In this document: in pieces, positions 60,701-64,000 of the stretch
How positions within the stretch are numbered: the first letter of the stretch is position 1
How the letters are laid out: every line of letters starts with the position of its first letter
Assembly: GCA_963821875.1 (NCBI GenBank)
Contig: CAWGFE010000002.1
Span: forward strand, 3,014,021 to 3,078,020
From: an uncultured Alphaproteobacteria bacterium
GTDB lineage: Bacteria; Pseudomonadota; Alphaproteobacteria; CAVTAV01
DNA: 64,000 nucleotides
Reading direction: 5' to 3'
Notes under the pieces: model-generated
The model's input: the letters and a program-made list of their open reading frames with translations, nothing else
Database searches by the model: none
Told to the model about the DNA's origin: nothing
Made by a program: the position numbers and the translations under genes

Positions 60701-62262
60701 TTCGGGGTAACCGCAGGCAGTGTGACCACGAACTCAAAGCGTTTCTTATCGAGGTCTTCTCGCAAGACGGTTCGATCCTGATCGAATTCCAACACCGGCG
60801 CACTGCTCTTGGTCAGGCGTGGCCAGTCAGAAGTGCGTTCGCCGGGGTGACCAGTCTTGGCAAACCTTACCCAGCGTGACTGAACCTCATCGGTTATCTC
60901 ACGCATGTCTGATGTTTCGATGGGCTCCACGGTCTTCATGGTGCCAAACACGGCATACAGCTCGTCCGTATGCACCGGGCCAGGAACCTTGCCACGCTCC
61001 GAAGGGCGAATGTAGTTGTAGAGATAGACATAAGTCGGCATGCCATGCGCGGCCGCGGCTCGTGCGACCTCTCGCGTTGGCTCTGCCGTCAGGATGTCGG
61101 TCATTAGCTCGCCTTCGATGAAGTGAGTCTGGTGGGTTCCGTATCCGTCATACAGCGTCAGCACCTTTGGCCATTGCGATGCCAATTTCTTGGCGAGGCC
61201 TTTCGTGAAACCCTCGAAACTGCCGGCTTCGTAGCTGTTGGTGCCGATCAGAAGAGGGACGCGAGCAACATCTCCTTTCTCGAAAGCTTCCATCGGGGTT
61301 TCGCGAATGATCTTGCCGTCGATCATGGGTCCGCTGCCGCCTGATCCGAGCGTCGCATTTCCCAGGATCGTCTTTGCCGGAACATCGCGAAGCACCGATG
61401 CATCGTCGCTTTGAACGCCCCATTTTTCCGCCTCGGCTTTGCCGTCCATCTCCGCCTTGTCGATGGGTTTCATGGAGAATCGACGGACGCCGGACTCAAT
61501 AATTGCCTTGGCGAATAGGCCTTTGGCCAAGGGCGAAGACATCAGGAACGTCACAGAAGTGCCGCCGGAGGATTCGCCGAACAGGGTGATGTTGTCCGGG
61601 TCGCCGCCGAATGACGCGATGTTCCGCCGGACCCACTTCAAGGCCGCGATCTGGTCGAGGACCTGGTAATTCCCGAGAGGTCCGTCCGGGTTCTCTTTCG
61701 TGAGTGCCGGATGCGCAAAGAAGCCGAACTTTCCGAGCCTGTAGTTGAAGGTCACCAGGATGATGCCGCGTTGCGCTAGGCTCGACCCGTCATACTTGCT
61801 TTCGGCTCCCGACCCGACACTAAATCCGCCACCGTGAATGAAAACCATCACGGGCAAATCATGAGCTTTCGGCGATGCGCGAACCCATGCATTCAAATAG
61901 AGGCAATCTTCGCTGACGGGCTGGGCGCCGGGACGTCCCGCCGGATTTTGCATGCAGTCGTGGCCAAAGTGATTGGCACGCAGTGGTGCGGTATGAGGCG
62001 ACGGCGGTTGAGGTGCCCGCCATCGAAGGGCGCCGACGGGCGGCGCGGCGTAGGGGATCCCGAGAAACGAGGTTATTCCGTTCTGCGTGACGCCTTCGAC
62101 CATGCCTTCGGTGGTCTGCACGTTCGCATCCCCAGCCGATGCCGCCGGCGCCGGAAGGAGCCCGAAGGTGAGGCCCAGTACGCCAAGGGCTTTGAATAGT
62201 CGGCCAAGAATTCGTGGTGAGAGCGTGCGCCCGATAGTTTGCGTTCGATCATGCAGTTCCAT
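60697..62262 (-). CDS. secreted carboxylesterase type B
   Basis: EDCLYLNAW, HGGGF, nucleophile GESSGG, and a signal peptide from MELHDRTQTIGR...; the track ORF extends to 62382. Confidence 0.85.
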   Translation of the reverse strand: MELHDRTQTIGRTLSPRILGRLFKALGVLGLTFGLLPAPAASAGDANVQTTEGMVEGVTQNGITSFLGIPYAAPPVGALRWRAPQPPSPHTAPLRANHFGHDCMQNPAGRPGAQPVSEDCLYLNAWVRASPKAHDLPVMVFIHGGGFSVGSGAESKYDGSSLAQRGIILVTFNYRLGKFGFFAHPALTKENPDGPLGNYQVLDQIAALKWVRRNIASFGGDPDNITLFGESSGGTSVTFLMSSPLAKGLFAKAIIESGVRRFSMKPIDKAEMDGKAEAEKWGVQSDDASVLRDVPAKTILGNATLGSGGSGPMIDGKIIRETPMEAFEKGDVARVPLLIGTNSYEAGSFEGFTKGLAKKLASQWPKVLTLYDGYGTHQTHFIEGELMTDILTAEPTREVARAAAAHGMPTYVYLYNYIRPSERGKVPGPVHTDELYAVFGTMKTVEPIETSDMREITDEVQSRWVRFAKTGHPGERTSDWPRLTKSSAPVLEFDQDRTVLREDLDKKRFEFVVTLPAVTPN

Positions 62263-62293
62263 CGTAAGACCTCGCTTGCCGGATCGGGCTCTA

Positions 62294-63997
62294 TCAGCCC
62301 CGCAGCAGGGAAAAGACTTTGCCGACCGCAGAATCCGGAATCTTTTCGAGCGCCAGCCGCTCGTCCTTATGCGGGTCGTCAATCGACCGATCGGTTCCGG
62401 AGATGACCATCGTTGACCGGTCCTCGAGCGTATACGGCTTCCACTTCGCTAAACCCGACCCATTTGGCGTGCCCGCGCGGGCGAAGGAGAGCCAGCGCTC
62501 GCTCATCCTGTCGGCGAGCGCCTGACCGTCTGGCGGATCTCCGATCCGACGCTTTCCCAGTTCGACGTTGTCCCAGACGAAAGGCAGATCCACCCCATGC
62601 GGGCTTAAGTAATTGCCGCCGAATATGGGTGGGCGCCACTCCCATCGGTACAAGTACAACGGCGCTCTGCCGAGCGCGACTTTCCGCTGCGCCAACTGCA
62701 CGGTCCGCTTCGTCGTCCAAATTCCGGTCGCGATGAAGATCAGCAATTGCGCAGGAGTGGCATTCGGATGACCGTGCCGATAAGCCTTCAGAAGTGGCTT
62801 CGCCATGCTTCCGAGCGCTTTCTCCACGCGAGCGACGGCGTCCTGTTCATCGATCCCGAACACGGCGTCGGACGCGATGACGCTGAGTTCGGAATCGGTG
62901 CCGCCCACAATCATGGGCACATCGGCGGCTGTTGGCGGCGCGTCCGGCGTCCAAAGCTGGCGCGGAACCGATCTGCCGTCGAATGTCGGCGCCGCGCCCG
63001 ACCCGGCTTTCAGGATCGCATCGACCGGCATGGCCAGTATCTGCCGCGCCGTGGCGCGCGACAGCCCCAGCTTCGCAAGGACTTTGTCGGTCGCCGTGAC
63101 GGCATCGTCTCGGGTGCGGAGCGTCAGCTGCGCGCCACTTTGGATGATCGCCTTGTGAAACAGTCCCTTTGCGGCCGGCATGGCAAGGAGCTGAGAGACT
63201 TCCGAGCCACCGGACGACCACCCAAAGATCGTGACGTTTCCGGGATCGCCGCCGAAATTAGCGACATTGTCCCGAACCCACTGGAGCGAGGCGATGATAT
63301 CGAGAACGCCAGCATTGCCGGAATCCAGGTAATCTTCTCCAAGCGCCTCGCCCAGATACAGGAAACCGAAAAAATTTAGGCGGTGGTTGATCGCGATGAT
63401 GACGGCATCGCCCCGACGGGCAAGGTGCGTACCGTCGAACAATGGCGCGACACCGGCGCCGCTCTGCCACCCTCCGCCATGGAGGAACACCATGACCGGG
63501 CGCTTCGCCCCGTCATTGACGCCCGGGGTAAAGAGATTGAGAAAAAGGCAATCTTCGGACATAGGCGGATGACTTGGCGTCAGGTCGGTCGACCAGCTGT
63601 TAGGCGGATCGAATGTCGGCACCACCTGAGGCGCAATGTTGCCGCCGAGGGCGATAACCGTTTCCATGACGCCGTTCCAGGGCTCGGGCGTCGCCGGCGG
63701 TCTGAATCTATTGAGGCCGCCGGTCGGGGCGCCGTAGCGCAAGCCTCGCAAGGTGTGAATGCCATTCGAGACATAACCCCTCACTTTGCCGTTGGATGTT
63801 TCCACCACGGGGCCAAGGCGAGGGGCTCCGTGGTCGGATGAGCCCGGTTTGTCCGACCGGCTTGGCGAAGAGGCCGCAACCGCTCGGTTAACGCAAGCGC
63901 CTTTTCCCATCGTCGAGAGGGTTGCCGCCGCTGCAGTAACCATCAAGCCGCGCCGGCTGATTTTGTGCGCGTCGTCCTCGAGCTTGGCCCGTGTCAT
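62294..63997 (-). CDS. Tat-exported carboxylesterase type B
   Basis: An RRGLMVTAAAATL twin-arginine signal, EDCLFLNLFTP, HGGGW and nucleophile GWSSGG. 567 aa. Confidence 0.85.
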   Translation of the reverse strand: MTRAKLEDDAHKISRRGLMVTAAAATLSTMGKGACVNRAVAASSPSRSDKPGSSDHGAPRLGPVVETSNGKVRGYVSNGIHTLRGLRYGAPTGGLNRFRPPATPEPWNGVMETVIALGGNIAPQVVPTFDPPNSWSTDLTPSHPPMSEDCLFLNLFTPGVNDGAKRPVMVFLHGGGWQSGAGVAPLFDGTHLARRGDAVIIAINHRLNFFGFLYLGEALGEDYLDSGNAGVLDIIASLQWVRDNVANFGGDPGNVTIFGWSSGGSEVSQLLAMPAAKGLFHKAIIQSGAQLTLRTRDDAVTATDKVLAKLGLSRATARQILAMPVDAILKAGSGAAPTFDGRSVPRQLWTPDAPPTAADVPMIVGGTDSELSVIASDAVFGIDEQDAVARVEKALGSMAKPLLKAYRHGHPNATPAQLLIFIATGIWTTKRTVQLAQRKVALGRAPLYLYRWEWRPPIFGGNYLSPHGVDLPFVWDNVELGKRRIGDPPDGQALADRMSERWLSFARAGTPNGSGLAKWKPYTLEDRSTMVISGTDRSIDDPHKDERLALEKIPDSAVGKVFSLLRG

Positions 63998-64000
63998 CTC

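Noticed and set aside
1-64000. CRISPR arrays, rRNA and tRNA genes
   Set aside because: I found no regularly spaced direct repeats with unique spacers, no rRNA-like conserved stretches, and no convincing tRNA cloverleaf in the longer intergenic gaps (22590-23200, 36450-36825, 46433-46690).

Overview
High-GC (about 62-64%) alphaproteobacterial-type DNA with dense genes, Tat and Sec signal peptides, TonB-dependent receptors and an Entner-Doudoroff operon. It looks like a metabolically specialised accessory region of a chromosome or megaplasmid. I found no rRNA, tRNA or CRISPR. Contents from left to right: (1) an esterase-rich block: partial tannase/feruloyl-esterase-family gene, HSL-type esterase, Tat-exported esterase, SGNH/GDSL hydrolase, FAD aromatic hydroxylase, secreted alpha/beta hydrolase. 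(2) An OmpA-family gene and a di-heme cytochrome c gene forming an operon. (3) A decayed junction with a carboxylesterase C-terminal fragment, serine-recombinase remnants and an AT-rich stretch carrying a 24-bp perfect palindrome and CAGGGAATT repeats. (4) An ABC ATPase, FtsX-type permease and DUF3299 triad. (5) An AraC/TetR regulator cassette present twice as direct repeats flanking a TonB-dependent receptor and a cytochrome c remnant. (6) A MoaF-like gene followed by two SDR genes. (7) A roughly 17-kb putative aromatic amine/hydroxyphenylacetate-type catabolic supercluster: omega-transaminase, APC permease, LigA-like protein, DapA-family aldolase, LigB-type extradiol dioxygenase, ALDH, CHM-isomerase-like protein, amidohydrolase, alanine dehydrogenase, TonB-dependent receptor, IclR regulator, HpaB/HpaC two-component monooxygenase. 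(8) An operon of two tandem paralogous secreted alpha/beta-hydrolase-like proteins of unknown function plus an amidase-signature enzyme. (9) Three full-length type-B carboxylesterases plus one fragment. (10) A kinase (APH family), enolase paralog and truncated 2-hydroxyacid dehydrogenase module. (11) A LacI-controlled sugar module (MFS GluP-like transporter, GH3 beta-glucosidase, lacI, zwf-pgl-edd-glk-eda) marked by three copies of an AATTGACAGCGCTGTCAATT-type palindrome, ending at an IS481-like transposase remnant. Four or five conserved genes carry single-base frameshifts, so there is either real gene decay or indel sequencing errors.
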